A stretch of 64,000 nucleotides of DNA from Candidatus Moraniibacteriota bacterium. GTDB lineage: Bacteria; Patescibacteriota; Minisyncoccia; Moranbacterales; GWC2-37-73. The stretch covers positions 74,634-138,633 of the forward strand of contig JAAXUC010000002.1 in the NCBI GenBank assembly GCA_013336225.1. The letters run 5' to 3'. Within the stretch, counting starts at the first letter, position 1. Each line of letters begins with the position of its first letter. Below the pieces are notes generated by a model. That model was not told the origin of the DNA. It saw only the letters and a program-made list of their open reading frames with translations, and made no database searches. A program made the translations under genes and the position numbers. Below, piece by piece: positions 9,265-19,852 of this stretch.

Positions 9265-12231
9265 ATGTTTGCAAAAACAAAAACAAAATTTGAAATTCTC
9301 ACAATAACACTTATTCTAGTAAGTGGAGTTTTTGTTTTCTCTGCAAGTGATGCGAAGGCCGCCGCTGGAATTTTCAAACAAATCAATTTTCAAGGAAAGG
9401 TGGTCAATAAAACTGCTGGCACCAATGTGGCCAACGGAAACTATGATTTCACTTTCGTTTTATATGATGCAGCTAGTGGAGGCGCAACACTTTGGACAGA
9501 AACCAGAACTGGCGCAAATCAAGTTGCAGTGACCGATGGAATTTTTCAAGTGAACCTTGGATCAGTCACAGCTTTGCCAGCAACTGCCACTTTAAATGTC
9601 GACAACCTATATTTGGGAATCAATTTTGCTGGTGATGGTGAAATGACAACTCGCATGAGGTTTACGGCTGCACCATATGCTTTCAATGCTGACAATGCAA
9701 ACGCTCTTGCAGGTGGAACTTGGGCAGCGCCAGGAGCAATCGGCGGAACAACTGCTGCTGCTGGAACTTTCACAAATCTTTCAACCACCACTGGTGGTCT
9801 TTCGATTGCTGCTGGTCAGTCATACACTGGCGCAGGCGCAGTGACACTTTCTTCCACCACCAATGGACTTACTTTAAATTCTGGCAACAACACACTGACC
9901 GTTGATTCAACTGACACAGCGCTGACAGCTTCGGGCGTGACAACTTTGACTTTGGGAGCCAACACCACAATCACCAACGCTTCAGGCAACATCAGCTTGC
10001 AAGCAGCGGGAGTTGGCACTGCGAACATTCAAATCGGTGACGGCGGCACAACTTCAGCCACTCCCGATCTTTTCATTCTGGACATTGGTTCAGCAGAGCC
10101 AACTGGAACAATCGGTGCCATGTATTATTCGACTGCATTAGCCAAATTTCGTTGCTACCAAGGAGTGGCTTGGGCTGATTGTATTGGAGTCGGTGGCAGC
10201 GGATATGCAACCATTCAAGATGAAGGAGCTGCTCGCACTCAAAGAGCAATCTTGAACTTCATTGGGGCAGGAGTTTCCTGTGTAGATAACGCCGGCAATC
10301 TTTCAACTGATTGCACCATTACGGGAGGTGGATCATCTGATTTGCAGACAACATATAACAGCGATGCTGACGGAACAAACGCAAACATCATCATGACTGC
10401 CACTGATGGAAGCGTGGTGATGCAGAACACGACTGGCACTCAATTTCAAGTGACCATGGCCAGTGCCACTGCGGCAACTGTTGATTTGGCAAGCATTTTG
10501 AATTCTGGAGCCAGCCAGGGAGCAGCCACCACCGGAGTTGATGGACTCCAAATTGATTTTGCAAATGCTGGAGCTGCTGCGATTGACAATGCTGGTCTTC
10601 GCATCAACACCACTTCGACAAACAACAATGCTGGATCATTCTTGTCAGGACTATATATTGCAGGCATCACTCCGCAAGCCAATTCATATGAAACAGCGAT
10701 CAGAATTGGAGCTGGCTGGGATGATATTTTGAGAGTGGATGCAACCACTGCAAATTTCGATTTGAATAATGCTGCCAACAGCACCTTGAACATTGTCAAT
10801 GACGGAGCTGGCGTTGCATCTCTTTCAGTTGAAGCTGGCGGAAGTTACACTGGTGCCGGTGCAGTGACACTTTCTTCTGCTGCAGGCGCAGGTCTGACAA
10901 TCAATTCAGGCACAGTTGGTGCAATCAGCATTGGAGATGACGCTTCAAACGAAACAATCAATTTCGGAACAGGCGCAGCCATCAAAACACTCAACATTGG
11001 ATCACTCAATTCATCTTCAGTGACAACAATTCAATCAGGAACAGCTGGCATCACTTTACAAGTTGCAGGCGCAGGCACAACTGGCACAGTGCAAATTGGC
11101 GCTGGCACAGGCGCCAATGAAACTCCAGACCTCTTGTCTCTTGATTCAAAATTGAGCGCTGGAGATCCTGCCGGAACTGTTGGCGACATGTATTATAATG
11201 TTGGCGCTGCAAAATTCAGATGTTTTGAAGGTGCTGCTTGGAAAGATTGTGACACAGGTGGAGCAGGTGGATCACCTGCAGGTTCAGACACTCAAGTGCA
11301 ATACAACAACGCAGGCACATTCGGCGCAGATGCAGGCTTTAGCTTTAATAGTGCAACTCAAACCTTGGGATTAAATGGAACAGATGCAGAAATTAACATG
11401 AAAAGTATTACCAATGAGCCATCTGCTCCTGCTTCTGGAACATTAACTTGGTACTCAAAAGTGGTTGCTGGGCGCGTTATGCCAAAATGGAAAGCACCTT
11501 CAGGAGTTGATACTTCTTTTCAATCAAGCTTTGGATTTAATCGTATTGCCATGGTAACTCCATCTGGAACAGGAACCACTGTTCCTCAGGTTTGGGGAAC
11601 AACAATAACATCCGTTGGAAATCTTAGTCATCCCGCACTTGCTGCTACTAGTTTTTTGACTGCCACTCGTCGTTTTACGCTTACAACTAGTGCCACCGCC
11701 GCAGGGACATTAGTGTCGAGTAGAGCACCCGCAACAATGGCTTGGCGTGGAAATGTTGCTGGACTTGGCGGATTCTTTTTTACTCAACGTTTTTCTCTTG
11801 CTACTTTGGTGGCAGGCAACCGTGCTTTTGTTGGCCTGAGTGATTCCACTGCCGCACCTACTAACGTTGATCCAACGACAAGCACAACACCTGGAAAAAT
11901 TGGTTTGGCAATAAACACTAATACTGGAAATTGGAACTGGGTTAATAATATAACCGGAACAGCTCCTACCGTAACAGCTCTTGGCGCAAATTTTCCAATT
12001 AATATTACTGATATGTATGAATTGGTTATCTTTTCAGCGCCAAATGGGTCAAATATTACGTATCGAGTTACAAATCTGTCTACTGGTGCACAAACCAATA
12101 ACACTACAGTATCAGCAAATATACCTGCAGCTGCAACCTTTATGGTCCCGGTTTTTTGGATGACAAATAATGCTACAGTTGGAACTGTTGCCATGTCATC
12201 TGCTGGCTGGTACTTGGAAAGTGATCAATAA
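9265..12231 (+). CDS. Large secreted fibre/adhesin-like surface protein
   Basis: Signal peptide, INFQGKV...FTFVLYDAASGG..LW.E N-domain, two internal repeats ending G.MYY....KFRC.....W.DC, tail-fibre-like PAGSDTQVQYN. Confidence 0.8.
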   Translation: MFAKTKTKFEILTITLILVSGVFVFSASDAKAAAGIFKQINFQGKVVNKTAGTNVANGNYDFTFVLYDAASGGATLWTETRTGANQVAVTDGIFQVNLGSVTALPATATLNVDNLYLGINFAGDGEMTTRMRFTAAPYAFNADNANALAGGTWAAPGAIGGTTAAAGTFTNLSTTTGGLSIAAGQSYTGAGAVTLSSTTNGLTLNSGNNTLTVDSTDTALTASGVTTLTLGANTTITNASGNISLQAAGVGTANIQIGDGGTTSATPDLFILDIGSAEPTGTIGAMYYSTALAKFRCYQGVAWADCIGVGGSGYATIQDEGAARTQRAILNFIGAGVSCVDNAGNLSTDCTITGGGSSDLQTTYNSDADGTNANIIMTATDGSVVMQNTTGTQFQVTMASATAATVDLASILNSGASQGAATTGVDGLQIDFANAGAAAIDNAGLRINTTSTNNNAGSFLSGLYIAGITPQANSYETAIRIGAGWDDILRVDATTANFDLNNAANSTLNIVNDGAGVASLSVEAGGSYTGAGAVTLSSAAGAGLTINSGTVGAISIGDDASNETINFGTGAAIKTLNIGSLNSSSVTTIQSGTAGITLQVAGAGTTGTVQIGAGTGANETPDLLSLDSKLSAGDPAGTVGDMYYNVGAAKFRCFEGAAWKDCDTGGAGGSPAGSDTQVQYNNAGTFGADAGFSFNSATQTLGLNGTDAEINMKSITNEPSAPASGTLTWYSKVVAGRVMPKWKAPSGVDTSFQSSFGFNRIAMVTPSGTGTTVPQVWGTTITSVGNLSHPALAATSFLTATRRFTLTTSATAAGTLVSSRAPATMAWRGNVAGLGGFFFTQRFSLATLVAGNRAFVGLSDSTAAPTNVDPTTSTTPGKIGLAINTNTGNWNWVNNITGTAPTVTALGANFPINITDMYELVIFSAPNGSNITYRVTNLSTGAQTNNTTVSANIPAAATFMVPVFWMTNNATVGTVAMSSAGWYLESDQ

Positions 12232-12242
12232 AAAATAAAAAT

Positions 12243-12971
12243 ATGAAAAAAATAATCATAGTTTCAATCGTGCTACTTTTGCCTCTTAGAGCATTTGCCA
12301 GTGAAAACTGGACTCTTAAAGAAAACAAAAACATGCTTTCTTTGGAAGGATCTTGCAAAGGGCAGGGCGTGAAAATAGAGCTATATCCAGCCGGCAAAGG
12401 CGAATCGGTCTATTCAGCTAATGCTGCTTGCAAGGATGGAAAATTTCAATTTTCAGATAATCTTTTGCAATGGAGCAATTTGAGTGAAGGGGAATACGAA
12501 GTTGTTTTAAATGAAAAAGTGAATGAGGTTAAAAAAATTGAGATCAAAAGACCAGTTGCAGTCATCGATGCCGTCGTTGAGCTTGAAGCGGAAAAAGTGA
12601 TTGAAGAAGAAGTTAAGAGCCCCGAAATACAATTTCTTGGCGCGTTTGTCACTTTGCAAAAAACAATTTTGGACATGCGAAATTGGCTTGCACAGACCCA
12701 GTATCCATCCTTTATGAAAATTAGCCTCAATTTTGCGCTGGATGGAGTTGATCTTGCAGTCGGAAAAGTTTCCAATTTGGTTTTGTCTGGAGAAAATTCC
12801 AAAAAAGAATCAATTGAAAGCCTGGAAAGCATAGCGCCAGTTGCAGAAGTTTCTGATTTGCAAATGACAGAAGAAAAGAATGTTTCTGAAGTTGTTGAGG
12901 CAGCGCAAGATGAACAAGTGATGCAGGAGGAAGATGTCGCTGAAAATGGTGCTGCTCTAACCACGCAGTAA
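12243..12971 (+). CDS. Secreted protein with acidic tail
   Basis: Signal peptide ending AFA, two Cys, Glu-rich C-terminus; 11 bp after the fibre gene. Confidence 0.75.
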   Translation: MKKIIIVSIVLLLPLRAFASENWTLKENKNMLSLEGSCKGQGVKIELYPAGKGESVYSANAACKDGKFQFSDNLLQWSNLSEGEYEVVLNEKVNEVKKIEIKRPVAVIDAVVELEAEKVIEEEVKSPEIQFLGAFVTLQKTILDMRNWLAQTQYPSFMKISLNFALDGVDLAVGKVSNLVLSGENSKKESIESLESIAPVAEVSDLQMTEEKNVSEVVEAAQDEQVMQEEDVAENGAALTTQ

Positions 12972-13014
12972 AAAATTGAGAATATTGAAAGAGTTAAAAA
13001 TAGGAATAGAAATG

Positions 13015-13053
13015 GAAAAGTCGCCCCTGTGATGGAGGGCGACTTTTCATTTT
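13015..13053. terminator. Intrinsic terminator
   Basis: GAAAAGTCGCCC-loop-GGGCGACTTTTC. Confidence 0.75.
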
Positions 13054-13107
13054 CCGGATTGTTTGTTATAATAAAATTAATCTAAAGAATCTTTTTAAGA
13101 TATTGCA

Positions 13108-13575
13108 ATGAAAAATACAAAATCTGGTTTTACATTGGTTGAGCTTTTATTGGTAATCGGTATCATTGCCACTTTGGCGGTGGTTGTTTTTGTGGCGCTT
13201 GATCCAGCAAAAAGATTTGCTGATGCCCGCGACGCAAGAAGAACATCGGATGTGGAAACAATCTTAAGCGCAGTTCATCAATATGTTATTGACAGCAAAG
13301 GCTCTTTTCCTGCTGGTATTGATAATGCTGAAAGACAAATTGCAACAGCAACTGACACTTGTGGAGTTTCTGGGGGTGGATGTGGTGATGGAGGAGAAAC
13401 TGGTTGTGTTGACTTGAGCGGTCAGTTAGCAAAATATCTTAAAGAAATTCCATATGATCCAACTGCCGGAATCGGGCCAGATCATTCTCACTATACAATC
13501 GTGAAGGATGATAACGGAATTGTCACTGTGCGTGCTTGTGATGCGGAAGGTGGAGTGATTTCTGTTTCGCGGTAG
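13108..13575 (+). CDS. Type IV pilin (probable major pilin)
   Basis: KSG/FTLVELLLVIGII class III signal, ARDARR.SD, P.DP motif, Cys residues; has its own terminator. Confidence 0.9.
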   Translation: MKNTKSGFTLVELLLVIGIIATLAVVVFVALDPAKRFADARDARRTSDVETILSAVHQYVIDSKGSFPAGIDNAERQIATATDTCGVSGGGCGDGGETGCVDLSGQLAKYLKEIPYDPTAGIGPDHSHYTIVKDDNGIVTVRACDAEGGVISVSR

Positions 13576-13616
13576 TCTTCATTGGAAAAATTAAAATCGT
13601 ATCTTGTTTGAAATAG

Positions 13617-13650
13617 AAAAAAGAGCTCAGATGTTACCGAGCTCTTTTTT
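13617..13650 (+). terminator. Intrinsic terminator
   Basis: AAAAAAGAGCTC-loop-GAGCTCTTTTTT. Confidence 0.8.
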
Positions 13651-13735
13651 GGTGTAATCTTTTTTGGTGAAATTTAAAAAAATATGGTATTATGTAAATG
13701 AAGAGAAATGTAAAAAACAAAAAAAACAAAAAAAT

Positions 13736-14599
13736 ATGGGAAAAATATCAAAAATAACCGAATCAGGAGAATCAATTGAGAAATTTTCTCCAAATGAGCA
13801 GGTTGCAGCAGAGGCAAAGACGACAAAGAAGTCCATAGGTACAACTTCAGAGAAAAAAAACAGTTGGGGAAAGAAAATTGCTTCAGTGGGATTGCTTTTG
13901 GTGGTGCTTGGATTGGGAGCAACTTCATATTATTTTTATCATAAATATAAATCTGTGCCCTCAGTGGAAACAGATGAGATCATTATTAAGGTTGGTAAAT
14001 TGATGGAGCTGCCAAGCAATGAAATTCCAACCTTGGCCACCGTGACTGACAAAGAAAAAATGAAAGAACAGCCATTTTTTGCAAAGTCTGAAAATGGAGA
14101 CAAAGTTCTGATCTATACTAAAGCGCAAAAAGCCATTTTGTATCGTCCATCACTAAACAAGATTGTGGAAGTGATGCAGCTTTCAATCAGTAAACCGACA
14201 GATGCAAAAACTGTGCAAAATGTTGATCAAGCAATCCCGCAAGAACAAGCAGTTCAGGATCAGGCTCAAACAACTGCGCCAGCGCAAAATGCTGAAAATC
14301 AAGCGCCAGTTGTGGCTGCTGAGCAAACAAAATTGAAAGTCGCCATATATAATGGCAGTGGCATCAAGGGAAAGGCCGGCACTTTGGCTGATGAAATTGT
14401 GAAAATTGAGGGATTGGAAGTGACTGAAAAAACCAATGCAACAGGCGGCTATGACAGCACGTTGGTGGTTGATCTTGCTGGTGGCAATGAAGTGATGGCG
14501 CAAAAGATTGCCGATGCTCTTGGTGCTGCAGTCGGACAATTGCCGGAAGGAGAAATGAAACCAGCAGCTGATGTGTTAGTGATTGGAGGGAAAAATTAA
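13736..14599 (+). CDS. Single-pass membrane protein with C-terminal LytR_C domain
   Basis: TM, Gln/Ala linker, VAIYNGSGIKGKAG...NA...ADVLVIGG; ATG 13736 chosen as start. Confidence 0.8.
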   Translation: MGKISKITESGESIEKFSPNEQVAAEAKTTKKSIGTTSEKKNSWGKKIASVGLLLVVLGLGATSYYFYHKYKSVPSVETDEIIIKVGKLMELPSNEIPTLATVTDKEKMKEQPFFAKSENGDKVLIYTKAQKAILYRPSLNKIVEVMQLSISKPTDAKTVQNVDQAIPQEQAVQDQAQTTAPAQNAENQAPVVAAEQTKLKVAIYNGSGIKGKAGTLADEIVKIEGLEVTEKTNATGGYDSTLVVDLAGGNEVMAQKIADALGAAVGQLPEGEMKPAADVLVIGGKN

Positions 14600-14618
14600 A
14601 TATAAATTTACAAATCAC

Positions 14619-15032
14619 ATGACTTTTACTTTCATTTGGGATGAAAAATATAGTGTAGGGGTGGCAGAAATTGATGAGCAGCACAAGAAGTTGGTGGCAA
14701 CTATTGCCAAATTAAACGAAGCTATTTCTAAGGCTAAATCCATTGAAAAAGATGTGAAGAGCGTGCTAACTGAACTGAAGCAATACGTGGAGGTTCATTT
14801 CAGCACGGAAGAGAAATATTTCAAGGAATTTAATTATGAATTTGCTGAACAACATATCTTGGAACACCGAGAGTTTGCTAAAAAAATTGAATCTTTTTAT
14901 GAAAAATATGCAGGAAATGAAGTTGAAATTTCATTTGAGTTGATTGATTTTTTGGAGGATTGGCTGCTGGATCACATGATGACCCAAGATCGAAAATATA
15001 TGCATTGCTTCGCTGAAAATGGCTTGAAATAA
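14619..15032 (+). CDS. Bacteriohemerythrin (stand-alone)
   Basis: W..KYSVG..EIDEQHK.L, HFSTEE, H...H, WL.DH...QD: full di-iron ligand set. Confidence 0.95.
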   Translation: MTFTFIWDEKYSVGVAEIDEQHKKLVATIAKLNEAISKAKSIEKDVKSVLTELKQYVEVHFSTEEKYFKEFNYEFAEQHILEHREFAKKIESFYEKYAGNEVEISFELIDFLEDWLLDHMMTQDRKYMHCFAENGLK

Positions 15033-15053
15033 AAAATTAAATAAAATCTTCAA

Positions 15054-16607
15054 ATGAAAATTCGTACTAAAGTTTTCCTGATCGTGGTGGCCATTTTCGG
15101 ACTGCTTTTTTTTGGCATCTCGCAGATTTTCACAGCAGTTGAATCAGCCAACTTTGAAAGATTGGAAAAGCAAAATGCATTTAAGGATATGAACAGGGTT
15201 GAGAAGGCTATTGCAAATGAAAATTCCAAGTTGGCGGAAATGATTGCTAGTTGGTCACATTGGAATGATGCTTATGCTTTTATTCAAGACGGAAATCAGA
15301 CATTTATCGACACCAATCTTAGCGCTGAGATCATAACTCAGCTGCAACTCAACTTCATCGCGATTAAGAATGATGTTGGAGAAAGCTTATTTGAAAAATA
15401 TGTGAATAAAGAAGGAAATGAGATGCCATTTCCGCAGGCGATCAAGGATGTGCTAAATGACACCAGAATTTCTGATGCAGCTAAACGCCCAATCCAATTG
15501 AATTTTTCAGGCATAGTTGAAACTGCTGACGGTCCATATGTGATAGCTATTCAATCGGTGACTTCTAGTGATGGTGGCGCCTCACCCAAGGGCTTGATGG
15601 CTTTTGGTTACAAAGCGGATGAGGATTTCATGGCGGCTTTGTCTGAGGCAACTTTGTTGCAATTGGACAGTGCCCCTTTGACTGAAATTGAAAAAATTGG
15701 AGCGCTGCTTGCTTTGCAGAAAAATCTCTCCATCACTGAGCGCATTTCAATTCAAAAAACAGCAGAATATGATTCAATTAATGTGTTTATGCTAACAGAC
15801 GATATTTTTGGCGAACCCGGAAGAATTTTCAAGGCTCAGATAAAGCGAGATGTCTATCTGGCTGGTCTTGATAACATTGCCAGAATAAATTTATTCTTGG
15901 TGGGAGTCGCATTCCTTATTGTGATTATTGTGTTGAGCTTGTTTGAGTTTTTTGTGCTCAGAAAAATCGATAAACTCATGAGTGGTGTTCAGCGAGTCGG
16001 CTCTTTGGACTATGTGGATGAGCAGCTGCTTGTTTCTGGCAAAGATGAGTTTGCCAAATTGGGCTTGGAGATTAATAAGATGCTGGACGCCGTGGAAAAA
16101 ACTCGTTTGGAAAAAAAGGAGACAGAAAAACGTTTTTTAAATATTGCTGATAGTGCTCCGGTGATGATTTGGATTTCAGATGAAAAAAACAAGATCGTAT
16201 ATGTGAATACCACTTTGACTGATTTTTTGGGTAAATCAGAGAAGGAGCTGTTTGGAGATGCTTGGATCAGTGTCATTCACCCTGAGGATAAGGAAAAAGT
16301 CTTGCTTGAATATGCTGATGCGGCAGCAAAAAAACAGAAAATTTCACTCAAATATCGAGTTATGAATGCAAAGAGTGAATATCGCTGGATTTTGGTGGAG
16401 GCAATAACCAGAATCACCCCGAGAGGACTTTTCAAGGGTTATACTGGCACAGCCATTGATGTCACTCAATTTGAAGAGTCAGATCAAAGGAAAATAAAAT
16501 ATATTGAAGAAATTGAAAAAATGAATAGGCTCATGGTTTCAAGGGAACTTAAGATGGTTGAGCTCAAGAAACAATTGCGAGATTGTGAAGTGCAGGAAAA
16601 GATGTAA
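15054..16607 (+). CDS. CHASE4-HAMP-PAS membrane sensor with no output domain
   Basis: TM, WS.WNDAY.F (CHASE4), TM, DEF..L...IN.ML (HAMP), APVMIW...W...IHPED (PAS); ends MNRLMVSRELKMVELKK. Confidence 0.85.
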   Translation: MKIRTKVFLIVVAIFGLLFFGISQIFTAVESANFERLEKQNAFKDMNRVEKAIANENSKLAEMIASWSHWNDAYAFIQDGNQTFIDTNLSAEIITQLQLNFIAIKNDVGESLFEKYVNKEGNEMPFPQAIKDVLNDTRISDAAKRPIQLNFSGIVETADGPYVIAIQSVTSSDGGASPKGLMAFGYKADEDFMAALSEATLLQLDSAPLTEIEKIGALLALQKNLSITERISIQKTAEYDSINVFMLTDDIFGEPGRIFKAQIKRDVYLAGLDNIARINLFLVGVAFLIVIIVLSLFEFFVLRKIDKLMSGVQRVGSLDYVDEQLLVSGKDEFAKLGLEINKMLDAVEKTRLEKKETEKRFLNIADSAPVMIWISDEKNKIVYVNTTLTDFLGKSEKELFGDAWISVIHPEDKEKVLLEYADAAAKKQKISLKYRVMNAKSEYRWILVEAITRITPRGLFKGYTGTAIDVTQFEESDQRKIKYIEEIEKMNRLMVSRELKMVELKKQLRDCEVQEKM

Positions 16608-16638
16608 ATTGATGTTGTTTGGATAATTTTTGCTTGTG

Positions 16639-19431
16639 ATGGTAATAAAATCTCTCAAAAATAAAATAACAATTTTCGTGCTGTCAGCCATTTTATTTTT
16701 TGGCTTTTTGGCTGTGGCTTGGGTGGCTGCTTATGGCAATGAATCTTTGGTCGCTCAAAAAAAGAGTGAAACCGTTCTTGCCTTGGTGAGCATGGCTGAT
16801 CATGTTGAGGAATGGATGGATTTGGAACGTTATTCAGTTGAACTTACTGCGCACAACATTGTCCTGGTTGATGCCTTGGAGCAAGGAGAAAATTTGCTGG
16901 AAAATAATAAGTTGAGAATTTTTCTGGAGGAGCAGAAAAGAAAGGTTTCAGCGAAAGACATTGTGGTTCTCGATATAAATGGGAATGTATTGACAGCTAC
17001 CGGTGGGATATATTTCGGTCATAATTTCGGTTATCGGAATTATTTCAAGGATGCGCTGGCAAACGATGTTGCCTCTGAAGTTGTGATTGGTGCAATCAGT
17101 AATGATTCAAACTTTGTTTTCTCTCATCGCGTGGTGAATCGCGAGGGGAAAGCTTTAGGTGTGGCACTGCTCATCACTAAAACTGAAACCGCTATCAAGT
17201 CATTGTTTGGTGAAATGCAAGATGCTGACCAGCACAAACATATGTTGGTGGATGACAATGGAATAGTAGTGGCTTCAAATGACAACGAGATGGCTTTGAA
17301 AAGCATTGGGCAATTGCCATATCAAACTTTGCAAGATATCAATGCGGATAAGCGCTACGGCGACAGAGAAATCCAGTCTTTGCGATATAATAATGTGCTT
17401 GATGCGATTAAGGAAAAAGCGGGAGTCAGTGTATATGATTTTTTTGATAATAATAATGGAAAACAGGAGTTGGTTGGAGTGGCGCCAGTCCATAAATATC
17501 CCTATTCCGTGGTGATGGAGATTCAAGAAGTCGATCTTATTTGGCAGATTGCCAGGGTTTATTATACGCTTGGATTGGCCGTTCTGATTTCTTGTCTTTT
17601 GGCGGCAGTGGTCATCTATTACATGCTTAACAAGTTTCTGTCGCCACTGAAAGAATTGCGCAGAGTGGCTGAAAAAATAAGTAAAAATGAACTTGATTGC
17701 GAACTTTTCTTGAAAACGGGTGATGAGCTTGAGGAACTTAGCACAGCTTTCAATGTGATGATCAAGGGCCTGATGAGGACTAAAGATGACATTGAGAAGA
17801 GAGTTGAATTGCAAACTAGTGACATCAGAAATAAGCAGCTTGCCTTGGAAAATCAGGAAAAAGCTGCCATGAATATTCTGGAAGATATCACGGGAGAGAA
17901 AGAGAAGTCTGAAAAAATGGCCATTGATCTGGAGAAATTCAAACTTGCCATTGAAAACACTAATGATCAGGTTGTAATCACGGACAAGGATGGGGTTATT
18001 GTTTATTCAAACCCTGCCATGACAAAAATTACGGGATATTCAATGGAAGAAGCTATTGGAAAAACGCCTGCGCTTTGGGGAGGACAAATGAGTGATCAAT
18101 ATTATGGGGCTTTTTGGAAAACTATTAAAGAAAAGAATGAGGAATATGAAGGTGAATTGTATAATAAACGTAAAAATGGTTCCACTTTCTTGGCACATAT
18201 TCATGTTGCTCCGATTCTTGGCGATGGCGAGGAGGTTAAGTTCTTCGTGGGAGTCGTGCGTGACATTTCCAAAGAACGTGAATCGCAGCTGCAACTCAAG
18301 AAGGATGCCGAAGACTTGAAATCGGCAAATAGTTTGATTGCAAGCCAAAAGGAACGAGCTGAAAATATTTTGGCTTATTTGCAGTCAATTGGTGATGGCG
18401 TGATTGCAACTGATCTTGAGGGCAAAATCATCTTTTTCAATGAGGCAGCTGAGAAATTGACTGGTGCCACAAATGAAGAGGCTGTTGGAAAAAAATCAAA
18501 CGAAATTGTTTTTATTGCCGAAGAAAAGAATTCAAAAGTGTTGCAAGATTTGATTGGCGACGCACTTGCTGGCGGACATGTTCGAAAAAAAGTAGGCGAA
18601 CATTACTTGATAAAATCCAAGGAAGACTTGATTATGGCAATATCTTTCAGGCTTTCATTTATTTTTGATAAAAACAATAAGAAGCAAGGTTGCATTCTCG
18701 TGATGCGCGACGTGAGTGAACAAAGAGAAATCGAAAAAACTAAAGATGATTTCCTCTCTGTTGCAGCTCATCAATTAAGAACGCCGCTCACAGGTGTGAG
18801 GTGGTCCTTGGAGATGCTTTTGGATGGAGATTTGGGCGAATTGCCAGAGGCCGCGAAAGAGGCTTTGGATCAAATTTCCAAAAACAATAAGCGCTTGATC
18901 TTGTTGGTGAATGATTTGTTGGATGTTTCCAGAATCAATATGGGCAAATCAAAGGAGGAGCCTATTCCAGTGGATGTTTCTAGTGCATTGCAAGAATCTA
19001 TCAATACCTTGCACAGCTTGGCTGAAGAAAGGGGAATTAATATTGTGTTTGAACAAAAGGCAAAAGAAATTCCGATGATCAATATTGGTCCAAAACATCT
19101 TTTTCAATCTTTTGAAAATCTTCTGTCTAATGCTATAAAATATAGCCCAAATGGTGGAGCCGTTAAAGTTTTATTGGATTTTAAAAAGAATAAAGTTGTT
19201 ATCAATGTTTCTGATAATGGCATTGGAATTCCGAAAGAAGATCAAGAAAAAATCTTTGGCAAGTTTTTTAGAGCTTCAAATGCAGCGCTCAAAGAAACAG
19301 AGGGTTCCGGATTGGGATTGAATGTGGTAAAATCATTTATAGAAGATTTCGGTGGGAATGTTTCTTTTGTGAGCAAGGAAGGCAAAGGAACAACGTTCAC
19401 AATCGAATTACCAACTGATTTTAAGTCGTAA
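16639..19431 (+). CDS. Cache-HAMP-PAS-PAS sensor histidine kinase
   Basis: R.YF Cache motif, HAMP, two PAS, H-box AAHQLRTPL, N-box NLLSNAIKY, DNGIG, GSGLGL. Confidence 0.95.
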   Translation: MVIKSLKNKITIFVLSAILFFGFLAVAWVAAYGNESLVAQKKSETVLALVSMADHVEEWMDLERYSVELTAHNIVLVDALEQGENLLENNKLRIFLEEQKRKVSAKDIVVLDINGNVLTATGGIYFGHNFGYRNYFKDALANDVASEVVIGAISNDSNFVFSHRVVNREGKALGVALLITKTETAIKSLFGEMQDADQHKHMLVDDNGIVVASNDNEMALKSIGQLPYQTLQDINADKRYGDREIQSLRYNNVLDAIKEKAGVSVYDFFDNNNGKQELVGVAPVHKYPYSVVMEIQEVDLIWQIARVYYTLGLAVLISCLLAAVVIYYMLNKFLSPLKELRRVAEKISKNELDCELFLKTGDELEELSTAFNVMIKGLMRTKDDIEKRVELQTSDIRNKQLALENQEKAAMNILEDITGEKEKSEKMAIDLEKFKLAIENTNDQVVITDKDGVIVYSNPAMTKITGYSMEEAIGKTPALWGGQMSDQYYGAFWKTIKEKNEEYEGELYNKRKNGSTFLAHIHVAPILGDGEEVKFFVGVVRDISKERESQLQLKKDAEDLKSANSLIASQKERAENILAYLQSIGDGVIATDLEGKIIFFNEAAEKLTGATNEEAVGKKSNEIVFIAEEKNSKVLQDLIGDALAGGHVRKKVGEHYLIKSKEDLIMAISFRLSFIFDKNNKKQGCILVMRDVSEQREIEKTKDDFLSVAAHQLRTPLTGVRWSLEMLLDGDLGELPEAAKEALDQISKNNKRLILLVNDLLDVSRINMGKSKEEPIPVDVSSALQESINTLHSLAEERGINIVFEQKAKEIPMINIGPKHLFQSFENLLSNAIKYSPNGGAVKVLLDFKKNKVVINVSDNGIGIPKEDQEKIFGKFFRASNAALKETEGSGLGLNVVKSFIEDFGGNVSFVSKEGKGTTFTIELPTDFKS

Positions 19432-19448
19432 TAACTGTTGATACTATT

Positions 19449-19838
19449 ATGGAGAACAAATGCGAAGGACGAAAAGTGCTGGTAGCTGAAGACGATGTTT
19501 TTCTGTCTAATGTCTATAAGAGTAAATTGACCAAGGAGGGGTTTGAGGTTTTTATCGCCAAAAACGGGGAAGAAGCTGTTGAAATGGCCACAAAAAATAA
19601 ACCAGAGATCATTTTGCTGGATCTTATCATGCCGATTAAGAATGGTTTTGAAACATTGAAAGAATTGAAAGAATCAGCTGAAACTAAAGATATTAAGGTG
19701 GTTATCCTTTCAAATTTGAGTCAGGAAGAGGATGAGAAGAAGTTGTTGGCCATGGGTGCTATCGGTTATGTAGTAAAGGCCAATGTTTCTTTTCGCGAAA
19801 TCATTGAATTGGTCAAGCAGCATCTTGGTATTGAATAA
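19449..19838 (+). CDS. Single-domain response regulator
   Basis: VLVAEDD, ILLDLIMP, VILSN, YVVK; 129 aa with no output domain. Confidence 0.95.
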   Translation: MENKCEGRKVLVAEDDVFLSNVYKSKLTKEGFEVFIAKNGEEAVEMATKNKPEIILLDLIMPIKNGFETLKELKESAETKDIKVVILSNLSQEEDEKKLLAMGAIGYVVKANVSFREIIELVKQHLGIE

Positions 19839-19852
19839 TTTAGGGTAAAAAT

